Below, piece after piece: positions 28,051 to 43,300 of a DNA stretch of 64,000 nt. Origin of the DNA: Chrysomallon squamiferum (lineage: Eukaryota > Animalia > Mollusca). The notes under the pieces are model-generated. The model was not told the origin of the DNA and ran no database searches. It saw nothing but the letters and a program-made list of their open reading frames with translations. The DNA is taken from contig CM022678.1 in the NCBI GenBank assembly GCA_012295275.1, forward strand, positions 124,001 through 188,000. The letters run 5' to 3'. Numbering within the stretch: the stretch's first letter is position 1; every line of letters begins with the position of its first letter. Made by a program: the position numbers and the translations under genes.

Positions 28051-30204
28051 CTGAAAAAATATCACAACCTGTACCAGAAACACAATTTTATTATTCAGAT
28101 ATTAACTGAGTATTTTTATAAGTTTGTGTTAGTCAGTTACTTGTACAAGACATATTGTTTCTCTAGATTAAGCGATGTTAAAGTAAGGTTTTCTGTTAAA
28201 TCAGACTTGTATTTTGTAACTAACTGTTAGTTTTTCTTAAGTTGATTTTGTTTTTGTTTTTTTAAATCCTAACACTCAACTGCAGGCAATATATAATCCA
28301 GCAATTGATTCTCATTCTCAAATTCTATTCTTACATATACTTCTTTACTGTATTTCTGTTTATTTTCAAAACGATAAGGGTTTCTTGTAAACCATACTTG
28401 TTTTCAGTAACTCTGTTACTATTTTATTTTATTTTTTTCAAATCTTGACATACAGCTGCAGATAGTACATAATCCAACAACTGATTCTCACATTCTGTTC
28501 TTACATATACATTTTTCCTGTATTTATGTTAACTTTCAAAACAATGCTTCATGACAAAAAGGATAAAGTAAGCGCCTAGGTTATTGTAATTGTTCCAGAT
28601 ATTTTAAAAATAAATGTTAATGTTATTTAGATTGATCCTGAAAACATACAACATGAAATATGGTTTATAAACTGAAAGTTTATGAACAAAAATCGTGTTA
28701 TATTGATTTGTTTCGCTCTAACCAAGTAACAGACAATCAGACAGTGGTAAAGATTAGAACTCTTAATAAAGTTAAAATTGTATGATCTTAGCATTATGAA
28801 GAAACATTAAACAGCTGTCACAAAATACTAAAAATTATCAGAGGTAATTTGTAAATTAGTGAAATGTTCTGACTGAAATATTTAGACAGTATTAAAATAA
28901 CAATTTATATTACAAACAAATTTCTTAATAAGTTATAAGACGAGCCACTGTTAATAATTCGCAAATGTTTATTTCATATAAAAGATTTTCTCGTAGTTCT
29001 ATAAGTTGGATAACGGCTTACCGTAATTTGACAAATTGATTTATAAAACTGAAATAAAAGCAGCGAACAATTCCACTCGCTGTGTCCGCGAATGATAAAT
29101 CCAGAGAAAACTTTATCGTACGTCATTTTTTCAAACAAATAGTTCCCAGTGTCAGTAACAGTTTAAACTTCTAAGATATAAAACATATTCACTTTTTTTA
29201 AAAAACATAAAACAAATACTTGGTTGTAGAGTTATCTCCCATGATAACTTGTTCCGTTAACCAACCGATAAATCTTTTAACAAGAAACCAATCGTACATT
29301 CTCGCATATTTCCGTGAAGAAAAAGAAATAAATAGTAATTTTAAAAAAGATATGTATATACAGATGTGTGCGTCTATGTGTCTGCCACTATAGAGTATTA
29401 TCTATATTTGGAAATACAGAAAGCTCTTCTTTATCTGCTTAATAATAAATAAAATAAAATAAATATATTTATATATTTATTACACACACAGCCGCACATA
29501 TTAGATTCTTACTACTACTACTACAACTACTACTACTACTAATAATAATAATAACAACAACAACAACAACAATAATAAATAAATAAATTAATTAATTAAT
29601 TAAACAGAAAGAAAGAACCATAAACTGAAAAACGTTTGGTCTCTGGATAAGCCTATGAAAAACAAAACAAACAGAAAAATAAGTAAAAAAAGAACGAGAG
29701 AAAGCGGAAGAGAGAAATAATTAAGACAAAAATAATAATCATAGAAAAGATAAAAATAAATAAATAGAAATGAATGACCTTGCTTATAACTTCATAATTA
29801 TGACATTTATAATTAGCTGTAATTTCCATTCACTGGTCTTATTAATAGGTACTTCTAACAAAACAAATTAAAATGTATTGATTGATTATTTCTGTTTAAT
29901 CTGTTTTCAACTGGTGCGTGCAGAATTGTTCTGATTAATTAATAGATGAATTAATTAGTTAATGTCAGATTAGTATACCTGTATAGAACTTAACACTTGG
30001 TTGATGCTAATATGGTTAAAATTATTAAGTAGTAAGTACATGAAACAAATGTACTACTACAACGAATAGTAGTAGTGGTGGGAGTATTAGTAGTAAGAAT
30101 AAGTATTTTATGTAATGCTATATAATTATTCTTATTCTTCATTTCTTCTTTTTTTACTTCTTTTTTATAAACTATGATTATTATTATTATTATTATTATT
30201 ATTC

Positions 30205-30239
<35 letters not shown>

Positions 30240-31346
30240 TTATTAATTTATTTTTTTATTGATTTATTGATATATTTGTTTGTTTATTTATTTATTGTCA
30301 GTACATTAAATTTAATACAGTGAAATCTGATTAATTACTGACATATATTCATAAACCAAATTGTATTGGGAATTATGGGAAGGTGTTACGAATCTATGTT
30401 ATGTAACTAAATGTAAACATCACAATTTTTCTCCTCTCACCAAACTTCTATCCTCGTGCGTAAAATTAATTAGAAAACAAAATCAAAGATTTCGTAATCA
30501 TCGATCGCCTTAAAAGCCAACCCATTACCTGCCCTTGTCTGTAACTCTCACGTAGAGGAGACGCGTTCTGCTGTCCCGAAATGTCAGCACAATGCCGGAA
30601 ACGAGACCGCCTGCAAACAATTACGACAGGTCACATTGCGCCCTCTGACGACAAAAGATCAATCCAGGAACCATAAAAGCGTGATTCTCCTGAAGGTGTG
30701 GTTGTTAGGCACTGAACACGGTTTAATGTTACGCTATTATCATAAGAGACCATTGAACCAGTTCACTGATGTGGCTGTTTCACCTGCCGCCGTGTTGATG
30801 TAAGTGACTGTTGTTCGATATCGATAATAAGGAAATGCCAGGGGAAACGTACTTTTATCTTTTACATAGAATATTATCTAAGCATAAATGGCGCAGAAAA
30901 ATGCAACACTGTTTGGAAAATTTTAGTTTTCATTTCGCCCAAATGGATTCGTAACAATCACCGATGAAGTAATGTTGATCTGAGGCTGATACCAGGAGCG
31001 AAAGGGTCCTAGGTTCTGTTTCCAGTAAACTCTTCTTCTGTTTTTACACATATTTATTTACTTATTATCATTGATAATATCTTATTTCAACTTCTTAGTG
31101 CGTTTGTTCCCTCACCAAACAAAATATACTCTCAGATTGTTCTCTACTTTGTTGGTTTGTTTGTTGTTGCTTTTTACATTTTTACATTTTTAATTTTACT
31201 GTATTTATTTATTTATTTATTATACAGATTTTAATAATTTTCGTTATATGAAATACTATAAGATATACAAAAATTCGTGCACCACAACCAACTCAACTAA
31301 CAGACTGGATAACAAAGAAAATGAATGTTTCAAAATTTATTATAGA

Positions 31347-31462
<116 letters not shown>

Positions 31463-31564
31463 TTATTTAGTATTAAAACACAAATACCAGAATATATATA
31501 TACACAGAGACATTTATACACACTTACATACACACATATACGTACGTACATATATAGATACACC

Positions 31565-32900
31565 CACAGACATACATGTGAGATACAGACACAGATACGT
31601 GATTATGTGTATTTATAAATTACTAATATTTCAGATATAGATACACACACAGACATACACAGATACGTGATTATGTGTATTTATAAATTACTAATATTTC
31701 AGATAGAGATACACACACAGACATACAAGTGAAATACATACACAGATACGTGGCTACGTGTATTTATAAATTAGTAATGTTTCATTTATAGATACACACA
31801 CAGACATACAAGTGACATACAAAGATACGTGATTACGTGTATTTATAAATTACTAACGTTTCATATTTAGATACACACACAGACATACAAGTGACATACA
31901 GACACAGATACGTGATTACGTGTATTTATAAATTACTAATGTTTCATATTTAGATACAAACACACAGACATACAAGTGACATACAGACGCATATACGTGA
32001 TTACGTGTATTTATAAATTACTAACGTTTCATATATAGATACAAACACACAGACATACAAGTGACATACATACACAGATACGTGATTACGTGTATTTGTA
32101 AATTACTAACGTTTCATATATAGATACACACACAGACATACAAGTGCCGTACAGACACACGTATACAACAGACACAGATACATGATTACGTGTATTTATA
32201 AATTAGTAATGTTTCATATATAGAAACACACACAGACATACAAATGCCGTACAGACACAGATACGTGAATACGTGTATTTATTAATTACTAACGTTTCAT
32301 ATATAGATACAACCACACAGACATACACGTAACATACATACAGATACGTGATTACGTGTATTTATAAATTACTAATGTTTCATATATAGATACAAACACA
32401 CAGACATACACGTGACATACAGACACAGATACGTGATTACGTGTATTTATAAATTACTAATGTTTCATATATAGATACAAACACACAGACATACACGTGA
32501 CATACAGAGATACGTGATTACGTGTATTTATAAATCACTAATGTTTCATATATAGATACAAACACACAGACATACACGTGACATAGAGATACGTGATTAC
32601 GTGTATTTATAAATCACTAATGTTTCATATATAGATACAAACACACAGACATACAAGTGACATACATACAAAGATACGTGATTACGTGTATTTATAAATT
32701 ACTAATGTTTCATATATAGATACAAACACACAGACAGACATACAAGTGACATACATACACAGATACGTGATTACGTGTATTTATAAATTACTAATGTTTC
32801 ATATATAGATACACACAGACAGACATACAAGTGACATACATACACAGATACGTGGATACGTGTATTTACGTGGCTACGTGTATTTATGAATTACTGATGT
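31565..32900. repeat. About 85-bp minisatellite, about 15-16 copies
   Basis: Core gatacgtgattacgtgtatttataaattactaa recurs at 31827, 31910, 31995, 32080 and onward. Confidence 0.93.
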
Positions 32901-33103
32901 GCACTCCTGTGGCGTGTGTGGTAAGGCCTTCACACTTGCGAGCACGTTAAACACTCACAGACGCACACACGTTTTAAAAAGCCACACAGTCAGCAACGAG
33001 AACGAGAGACACAGATGACGGACGTAATTCTCATAGCAACGACAAGGGAGATAACTATCTTACTCCGGCTGGATTACCTCTGAATATCACTGCATATATA
33101 TTG

Positions 33104-33284
<181 letters not shown>

Positions 33285-34115
33285 TGTTTTATTATAGATT
33301 TTGTACATTAATATGTATGTAACAGCTAAACATTTTGAACATAAAACTGTGTTTGTAATCCTCACATTGTTGTGTGATGTTAATAATTTATAAACCTTGA
33401 ATTAAAACTCAGAAAGTCAAATTCTGTTGTTTCTATTTATAGAATATAGAAATAGATCGTAGAGTCTGCTGCTTTGCGATGTATGAAACACAGCTACATA
33501 TATACACACACTGACATACACACCTACGTACTCATACAAGAACACAAATACACACAAACACATGAATAGAGGTACATCATTACACATAAACTATCACACA
33601 CAGATACACATTACATGCGTACTCATACATTTACACTCACACCTGCAAACACACAAACACATGGACATAAACACACACAGAAACACGTGCACACAAACAC
33701 ACACACGTGCACACACACAAACTCATAGACACAAACACACACACAAACACATGGATACAAACACATGAACACAAACACACACAAACACGTGCAAAGACAG
33801 AAACCCACACACAAACACATGGACACAAACACAGACACGTGCACACACACAAACACGCACACAAACACATGCACACAACTCAGATGTTAATTTTTTTTTA
33901 GAATTTTGCATTTTGTCTCTCTAACGGGATCAAAAAAGAAAAAAAGTATATTCATTATTATTAAATAAGAACAATGAAATAAAAAATAAAATAGAAAACG
34001 ATAAAAAAAAGGCACTGAGTAACATGAAACAGAAAAGTAAAATGATACGGTTGAGCTGTTTAGTTTATTTACTACGAGTTTCTGATCTGAGATAATTAAC
34101 CACAACGCTATTTAT

Positions 34116-34349
34116 TTAGAAAGCCGTGTTCCAGACGAAGGGCGGGGCTGGCAGATCACTGTCCCGTGCGTAAACTGAGCACTGTTTGAACTCACAGGGA
34201 CTCGTTCTCCACGCGTACCTCACCCCGACGACATTTTGGTGACAAGCGGAAGTAGACAGGGTGACTGACGACGTGTCGCCGTGCGTGATTGGTGCAGGCA
34301 GCCACGTGTCGTGAGCTGCGCAGTAAGAGACATGCGCAGAGCAGCAGAT
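34116..34349 (-). CDS. SIAE: SIAE exon 9 (terminal)
   Basis: [10 protein letters not shown]...[37 protein letters not shown]; acceptor tttcacag. Confidence 0.9.
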   Translation of the reverse strand: MCCSAHVSYCAAHDTWLPAPITHGDTSSVTLSTSACHQNVVGVRYAWRTSPCEFKQCSVYARDSDLPAPPFVWNTAF

Positions 34350-37300
34350 CTGTGAAACAGACGAACATTATTTTGAATTTGAATGTTTTTCTTTTTCGTT
34401 TGTCTGCACTTTTGTATGAAATATGATAATATAAATGTATTTTCTTAAATTCCATTGCTGTTGTATGAATGAAATGAGCACTGAAAAAGAGAATACGTTT
34501 GAAACGAAGAATAACAAAGTAAGATAAATTTAAACTAGCTGAACTGAGAAATATCTATCTATCTATCTATCTATATATTTCACTAAAAGCAACTAAAAAG
34601 GCACAAAATAGATGAATGAACGAATGAACGAACAAATAATAAACAAATTTCAGAAATATACGTCAGAAACAGATGACAAAGAAACCAATAAACATTAACT
34701 AACTAACTAACTAACTAACTAAATAAATAAATAAATAAATAAATCAGAACTTTACGTACATCGAAACCGCGGTGATAGTTTCTGACTTCAATTGGAGTCC
34801 TGCCGTGGTCGTATTCGACTGTGAGATGATGCTGATGTTTGTCTAACCTGAATGACGTCGGAAACGGGCCCTGGAACTCGATGTTTTTCCTACCATACGC
34901 CACAGCCAGAGCACTGAGTACCAGTCTATGAGCAACATCCTGTTTGTCACGTGGATGGATTCTGTGAGTGAGAAAATGAATGAATGAATGAAGGAACGAT
35001 CGAAGGACTGACTTGCAGGAAGCTGCTCTGTTATTTATTTGTAGGTTTGTTTATTTTCTGTCGTTGTTTATTACACCATTTGTTATTTGTCAGTATGTAA
35101 TTTTTAGTAGTAGTAGCAGTTGTGTTGGTATAGTAGTAGTAGTACTAGTAGGGGTAGCTCTGATTGTAGTATAGTGTAACATGCGTACTAGTCATCACAG
35201 TTGCATTAAAGTAATAGTATTCGTTTTAGTAGTAGTAGCGGTGTGAATAGTTTTACCATTATTACTTCTATTACTACCACCCCACTACTTCTGCTATTAC
35301 TCCTACTACTACTACATCTATTATTATTATTCCTACCACTACGACTACAACAACAACAATTACGACTACTACTAACACTACTATTACTACTACTCTACTA
35401 CTACTACTAATAGTAATAGTAATAATCAGTATTATAATCGGTTTGTTTTATTTTATTTTTAATATAATTGTAATTTAAACTTACGTTCCACGAGGTGAAG
35501 AGAAATCTGGAAGATCCATAGCAACCGCCATGAAAGTGTTCGGCATCTTGTGATTTGGCACGTGGCCAACTTTCGCCGTCTGCGACCATCTCAAGGGAGG
35601 GAACCCACCTACACTGTCTAAGTTGTGAGCATTGGCAGCGAGCTGAAATATAATAAAACAATAACAACAGTAACAACAACAACAATAAATATTACTGTGA
35701 TTAACATCATCATCATCATCATCGTCGTCATCAACATCACTGTTGTTTAAGTTGTCAGCATTGGCAGCGAGCTGCAATATAATAAAACAATAACAACAGT
35801 AACAACAACAACAACAACAATAAATATTACTGTGATTAACATCATTATCATCATCGTCATCAACATCACTGTTGTCGTAACTAAACTCACATCGGAAGGA
35901 AAATAAATGTTTGACGGTTAATGATAAATCTCTCTCGGGCAACTGGTTAGATCGGGAGAAAGCCCTATTTGGGTGGTCAGGAGATTTGATCTAGCAACCC
36001 ACACGACACATTATTTGAACTACAGAGATCCAGCTAAGATCACAGATAAAACAACTAACGAGTTGATGTTAATTTTCACCTGAACAAAGCCGAAGGGGAA
36101 GTCGGGTCGAGTCTCGCCGAGTGAGGCGTGGTGAAACTTGTTTCTCCAGTCTTTGATCATAGCAGGAAACTGACACGAATACGCGTCGGGGTGACCAGCA
36201 TTGCTCTCCCCTGAATAGAAACACGTCATTCATTTCTGTCTTTATACACTGTGTATACTTGATATAGAAACAAATAAAACATCTTTACGTCTGTTAGTTT
36301 CCGACCAGAATTTGTAACTGGATTAAAAAAAAAAACAACAACAAAAAACTGTAAATATTCGATAATTTTATCAGTTATCAAAAGGAAGGATAATGATCTG
36401 CTTCGCAATATATGCAACAGTAATCTCCCGTTATAACTTTTTACAATAATCATAGTCAGTCTTTTATTATTCTTGTTCTTCAAAAACAGTATAATTATCT
36501 GCATATACACTCACACACTCACACACACACACACAGACATGCAGACACACATACAAATATATCGGGCGTATGAGTAGTCACACACACATACACAGAGATA
36601 TATATTTACACATACAAACATGTACACACACAAACACACATTCACATACATACATACAAAAATATATAGATACTTTACACACACGCGCGCGCACACACAA
36701 AAGCATACACATGGACATATGCATACAACAAAACAGAAAAGAAAAGAACAACGCTGACATAGCACAGCGACAGTAACATCAACGACTACAACAACGAAAA
36801 GGAAAATGGATTACCTTGGTACCAGATAGCACCGTATATAGTAGTAGGTAAAATTGGGTTGATCATCGCGTTCCAAAGTACACTGGGTGCACTAGGAGTT
36901 CTGAATTAAGTAAATAGCAGAACGTATTATTGAAAATAGTATTTAAAAAATCCTGCCGACTGTTTGTGTAAATATAAATTTAGACTGTTTGTGTAAATAT
37001 AAATTTAGACTGTTTGTGTAAATGTAACGTAGACTGTTTGTGTAAATATAAATTTAGACTGTTTGTGTAAATATAAATTTAGACTGTTTGTGTAAATATA
37101 AATGTAGACTGTTTGTGTAAATGTAAATTTAGACTTAGATTCTGTTCTCATGCTGCGTCTTTTGGAAAAATTCCGGAAACCAGTTTTTGTTAAAACAACA
37201 AGGAAAGAAAAACAAAACAAAACAAAAACAAAACACACAAAAAAAAAACGAGATCAGAACATCTTGTTTTGGTTATTTTTTGACAGCACACCTATTCGAT

Positions 37301-40300
37301 TGCGAACACAAATTTTATTTTTCTTCTCTAACAGTTATGTCTATTAATAAATAAATAAATAAAAAGAAAGACAGAAAAGAAAAACGACTGACACAAACAG
37401 ATTAATTAAATAACGAAAAAGTATCGTTTAGTTTTACCTTTTTGTTCTTGTTCTGCAAGCTGCCAGCGCGTCAGGGGAAGACCACGCCTCTATGGGAGTC
37501 CCGCCCCAAGCAGATTCGATGAGTCCGATCGGTCGATTGATGTGAGAATATAAATATTTGCCAAAAAGCCAGCAAACAGCAGAATAGAACTGTAATCTAT
37601 CTGAACAGATGATTTCGAAATAAAACAAGAAGAAGAAGAAAACGAAAAATAGTAACAACAACAACAGATCTCTCTCGCTCGAAGTATTTTGTTTTTCTTT
37701 GTAGCCCTTTTATTTCTTTCTGTGTCTTTCTGTCTCTGTGTCTTTCTTTCTCTCTTTCTTTGTTATTACGTATTTCTGTGTGTGTGTTTCATATGGATGT
37801 TCTAGATTGCATACATCTATTGTTCTTGTGTGTTTGTCTCTCTTTCTCTCTTTCTCTGCCTGTGTGTTTGGTGTGTGTGTCTGTACATGTGTTTGTGTGA
37901 CAGCGAGAGATAGAGAGGGCTAGAGAGTGAGAACGAGTGAAAGATATTTCTATGTGTGTGTGACTGTTGCATTGCGTAAGTACGTGTGCCTATATATGTA
38001 GATGTGTGTGTATTTGTGTATATGCATGTGTATGTTTTTGTATGTTTATGTGTATGTTTTTCTATGTTTATGTATGTTTATGTGTGAGTACATGAACGTG
38101 TATGTTTACGTGTATGTTTTTGTATGTTTATGTATGTGTATGTGTGAGTACATGAACTGTATGTTTACGTGTATGTTTATGAATGTGTAATGTGTATGTG
38201 TGTTTATATGAATGTGTAATGTTTATGTGTGTTTATATGAATGTATGTGCTTGTGCATCTTTCTGGACAGTTTCCAGTTTCTCTGAATGTGTACAAGAGT
38301 GAGTATGTTTGTGTTACGTACGTGCTGAAGGTAGGGTCCAGCGTCTGAAGCTGTGAAGATCTTCAAACTGAGTGGGGGACTGTATCGTGTCTGCTTGAAA
38401 CACTCTGATGTTCTGATAATGATCTGCAGACGACAGTTCGTAGCTTGCGTTAAAACCTGCAGTTAAAACAGTGTTATGTTAATGAAGTATAAGTCTGATG
38501 TGTTTCTGAGCGTGTAAATGTATGTATGTATGTGTGTGTCTATGTCTTTCTGTTTGACTGTCTTTCCTTGTGTCTGTATGTGAGTGTGTGTCTGTGTGTC
38601 TCTTTCTGTGTGTCTGTATATGTCTGTGAGTTTGTTTCTGTAAGTGTATGTGTTTCTGTGTGTTTCTATGTCTGTGTATGTGTATCTCTCTCTGTGTGTA
38701 AAACTGATATTTTAAACAGTAATCAGTAAATTGTTTACAAAATGATCTAAACCTGCAGTTATGCTTTGGCCAGTAAATACGTAAATAACCAGTAATTGCA
38801 GAAACTGCAAGAAGGAAACTAGTAATAATAACAACAACAACTAATATTAACTTACGTTTTTCAAGGTAAAACCCATATTACTTTGTCCAGAACACAGACA
38901 AACATCAATATAAACTGGAAGAAGGAAACTAGTAATAATAACAACAACAACTAATATTAACTTACGTTTTTCAAGGTAAAACCAATATTACTTTGTCCAG
39001 AACACAGACAAACATCAATATAAACTGGAAGAAGGAAACTAGTAATAATAACAATAACAACAAGAACTAATATTAACTTACGTTTTTCAAGGTAAAACCC
39101 ATATTACTTTGTCCAGAACACAGACAAACATCAATATAAACTGCAAGAAGGAAACTAGTAATAATAACAACAACAAGAACTAATATTAACTTACGTTTTT
39201 CAAGGTAAAACCCATATTACTTTGTCCAGAACACAGCCAAACATCAATATAAACTGTAAGAAGGAAACTAGTAATAATAACAACAAGAACTAATATTAAC
39301 TTACGTTTTTCAAGGTAAAACCCATATTACTTTGTCCAGAACACAGCCAAACATCAATATAAACTGTAAGAAGGAAACTAGTAATACTAATAACAACAAC
39401 AAGAACTAATATTAACTTACGTTTTTAACACGTTTTTCAAAAAAACCCATATTACTTTGTCCACAACACAGCCAAACATCAATATAAACAGCAAGAAGGA
39501 AACTAGTAATAATAACAACAAGAACTAATATTAACTTACGTTTTTCAAGGTAAAACCCATATTACTTTGTCCAGAACACAGCCAAACATCAATATAAACT
39601 GCAAGAAGGAAACTAGTAATAATAACAACAACTAATATTAACTTACGTTTTTCAAAGGTAAAACCCATATTACTTTGTCCAGAACACAGCCAAACATCAA
39701 TATAAACTGCAAGAAGGAAAGTAGTAATAATAACAATAACAACAACAACTAATATTAACTTACGTTTTTCAAGGTAAAACCCATATTACTTTGTCCAGAA
39801 CACAGCCAAACATCAATATAAACTGCAAACATCAGAAAACTGCAAAGAAACTAGTAATAATAACAACAACTAATATTAACTTACGTTTTTCAAGGTAAAA
39901 TCCATATTACTTTGTCCAGAACACAGCCAAACATCAATATAAACTGCAAGAAGGAAACTAGTAATAATAGCAACAAGAACTAATATTAACTTACATTCTT
40001 CAAGGTAAAACCTATATTACTTTGTCCAGAACACAGCCAAACATCAATATAAACTGCAAGAAGGAAACTAGTAATAATAACAACAACAAGAACTAATATT
40101 AACTTAAGTTTTTCAAGGTAAAACCCATATTACTTTGTCCAGAACACAGCCAAACATCAATATAAACTGTAAGAAGGAAACTAGTAATAATAATAACAAG
40201 AACTAATATTAACATACGTTTTTCAAGGTAAAACCCATATTACTTTGTCCAGAACACAGCCAAACATCAATATAAACTGTAAGAAGGAAACTAGTAATAA

Positions 40301-43300
40301 TAACAACAAGAACTAATATTAACTTACGTTTTTCAAGGTAAAACCCATATTACTTTGTCCAGAACACAGCCAAACATCAATATAAACTGCAAGAAGGAAA
40401 CTAGTAATAATAACAACAACAACAACTAATATTAACTTACGTTTTTCAAGGTAAAACCCATATTACTTTGTCCAGAACACAGCCAAAGATCAATATAAAC
40501 TGCAAGAAGGAAAGTAGTAATAATAACAATAACAACAACAACTAATATTAACTTACGTTTTTCAAGGTAAAACCCATATTACTTTGTCCAGAACACAGCC
40601 AAACATCAATATAAACTGTAAGAAGGAAACTAGTAATAATAACAACAAGAACTAATATTAACTTACGTTTTTCAAGGTAAAACCCATATTACTTTGTCCA
40701 GAACACAGCCAAACATCAATATAAACTGCAAGAAGGAAACTAGTAATAATAACAACAACTAATATTAACTTACGTTTTTCAAAGTTAAAACCCATATTTT
40801 TGTCAGAACACAGTAAAAACTAGTAATATTACTTTGTCCAGAACACAGCCAAACATCAATATAAACTGCAAGAAAACATCAAACTAGTAATAATAACAAC
40901 AACTAATATTAACTTACGTTTTTCAAGGTAAAACCCATATTACTTTGTCCAGAACACAGCCAAACATCAATATAAACTGCAAGAAGGAAACTAGTAATAA
41001 TAACAACAAGAACTAATATTAACTTACGTTTTTCAAGGTAAAACCCATATTACTTTGTCCAGAACACAGCCAAACATCAATATAAACTGCAAGAAGGAAA
41101 CTAGTAATAATAACAACAACAACAACAACTAACTAATATTAACTTACGTTTTCAAGGTAAAACCCATATTACTTTGTCCAGAACACAGCCAAAAACATCA
41201 ATATAAACTGTAAGAAGGAAACTAGTAATAATAACAACAAGAACTAAATAATTAACTTACGTTTTTCAAGGTAAAACCCATATTAGAACACAGCCAAACA
41301 TCAATATAAACGTTTTTCAAGGTAAACCATATTACTTTGTCCAGAACACAGCCAAACATCAATATAAACTGCAAGAAGGAAACTAGTAATAATAACAACA
41401 ACAACTAATATTAACTTACGTTTTTCAAAGTAAAACCCATATTACTTTGTCCAGAACACAGCCAAACATCAATATAAACTGCAAGAAGGAAACTAGTAAT
41501 AATAACAACAACAAGAACTAATATTAACTTACGTTTTTCAAGGTAAAACCCATATTACTTTGTCCAGAACACAGCCAAACATCAATATAAACTGCAAGAA
41601 GGAAACTAGTAATAATAACAACAACAACTAATATTAACTTACGTTTTTCAAGGTAAAACCCATATTACTTTGTCCAGAACACAGCCAAACATCAATATAA
41701 ACTGCAAGAAGGAAACTAGTAATAATAACAATAACAACAACAACTAATATTAACTTACGTTTTTTTCAAGGTAAAACCCATATTACTTTGTCCAGAACAC
41801 AGCCAAACATCAATATAAACTGCAGAAGGAAAACTAGTAATAATAACAACAAGAACTAATATTAACTTACGTTTTTCAAGGTAAAACCCATATTACTTTG
41901 TCCAGAACACAGCCAAACATCAATATAAACTGCAAGAAGGAAACTAGTAATAATAACAACAAGAACTAATATTAACTTACGTTTTTCAAGGTAAAACCCA
42001 TATTACTTTGTCCAGAACACAGCCAAACATCAATATAAACTGCAAGAAGGAAACTAGTAATAATAACAACAACAACTAATATTAACTTACGTTTTTCAAG
42101 GTAAAACCCATATTACTTTGTCCAGAACACAGCCAAACATCAATATAAACTGCAAGAAGGAAACTAGTAATAATAACAACAACAAGAACTAATATTAACT
42201 TACGTTTTTCAAGGTAAAACCCATATTACTTTGTCCAGAACACAGCCAAACATCAATATAAACTGCAAGAAGGAAACTAGTAATAATAACAACAACAACA
42301 ACTAATATTAACTTACGTTTTTCAAGGTAAAACCCATATTACTTTGTCCAGAACACAGCCAAACATCAATATAAACTGTAAGAAGGAAACTAGTAATAAT
42401 AATAACAAGAACTAATATTAACATACGTTTTTCAAGGTAAAACCCATATTACTTTGTCCAGAACACAGCCAAACATCAATATAAACTGTAAGAAACTAGT
42501 AACTAGTAATAATAACAACAAGAACTAATATTAACATACGTTTTTCAAGGTAAAACCCATATTACTTTGTCCAGAACACAGCCAAACATCAATATAAACT
42601 GTAAGAAGGAAACTAGTAATAATAACAACAAGAACTAATATTAACTTACGTTTTTCAAGGTAAAACCCATATTACTTTGTCCAGAACACAGCCAAACATC
42701 AATATAAACTGATCAATATAAACTAACTTACGTTTTTCAAGGTAAAACCCATATTACTTTGTCCAGAACACAGCCAAACATCAATATAAACTGCAAGAAG
42801 GAAACTAGTAATAATAACAACAACTAATATTAACTTACGTTTTTCAAGGTAAAATCCATATTACTTTGTCCAGAACACAGCCAAACATCAATATAAACTG
42901 CAAGAAGGAAACTAGTAATAACAACAAAGAACTAATATTAACTTACGTTTTTTTTCAAGGTAAAACCCATATTACTTTGTCCAGAACACAGCCAAACATC
43001 AATATAAACTGTAAGAAGGAAACTAGTAATAATAACAACAAGAACTAATATTAACTTACGTTTTTCAAGGTAAAACCCATATTACTTTGTCCAGAACACA
43101 GCCAAACATCAATATAAACTGCAAGAAGGAAAGTAGTAATAATAACAATAACAACAACAACTAATATTAACTTACGTTTTTCAAGGTAAAACCCATATTA
43201 CTTTGTCCAGAACACAGCCAAACATCAATATAAACTGTAAGAAGGAAACTAGTAATAATAACAACAAGAACTAATATTAACTTACGTTTTTCAAGGTAAA

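Noticed and set aside
28264-28545. Diverged direct repeat pair of about 175 bp as possible LTRs
   Set aside because: The copies are adjacent with no internal region, TG..CA ends or PBS; a simple old tandem duplication.
33500-33880. Overlapping Cys/Val- or His/Thr-rich ORFs (also 36511-36776 and 37738-38729)
   Set aside because: Degenerate (CA/TG)n tracts.
35930-36010. SINE fragment in SIAE intron 6
   Set aside because: Only vague resemblance and no clear A/B boxes; cannot be supported without a search.
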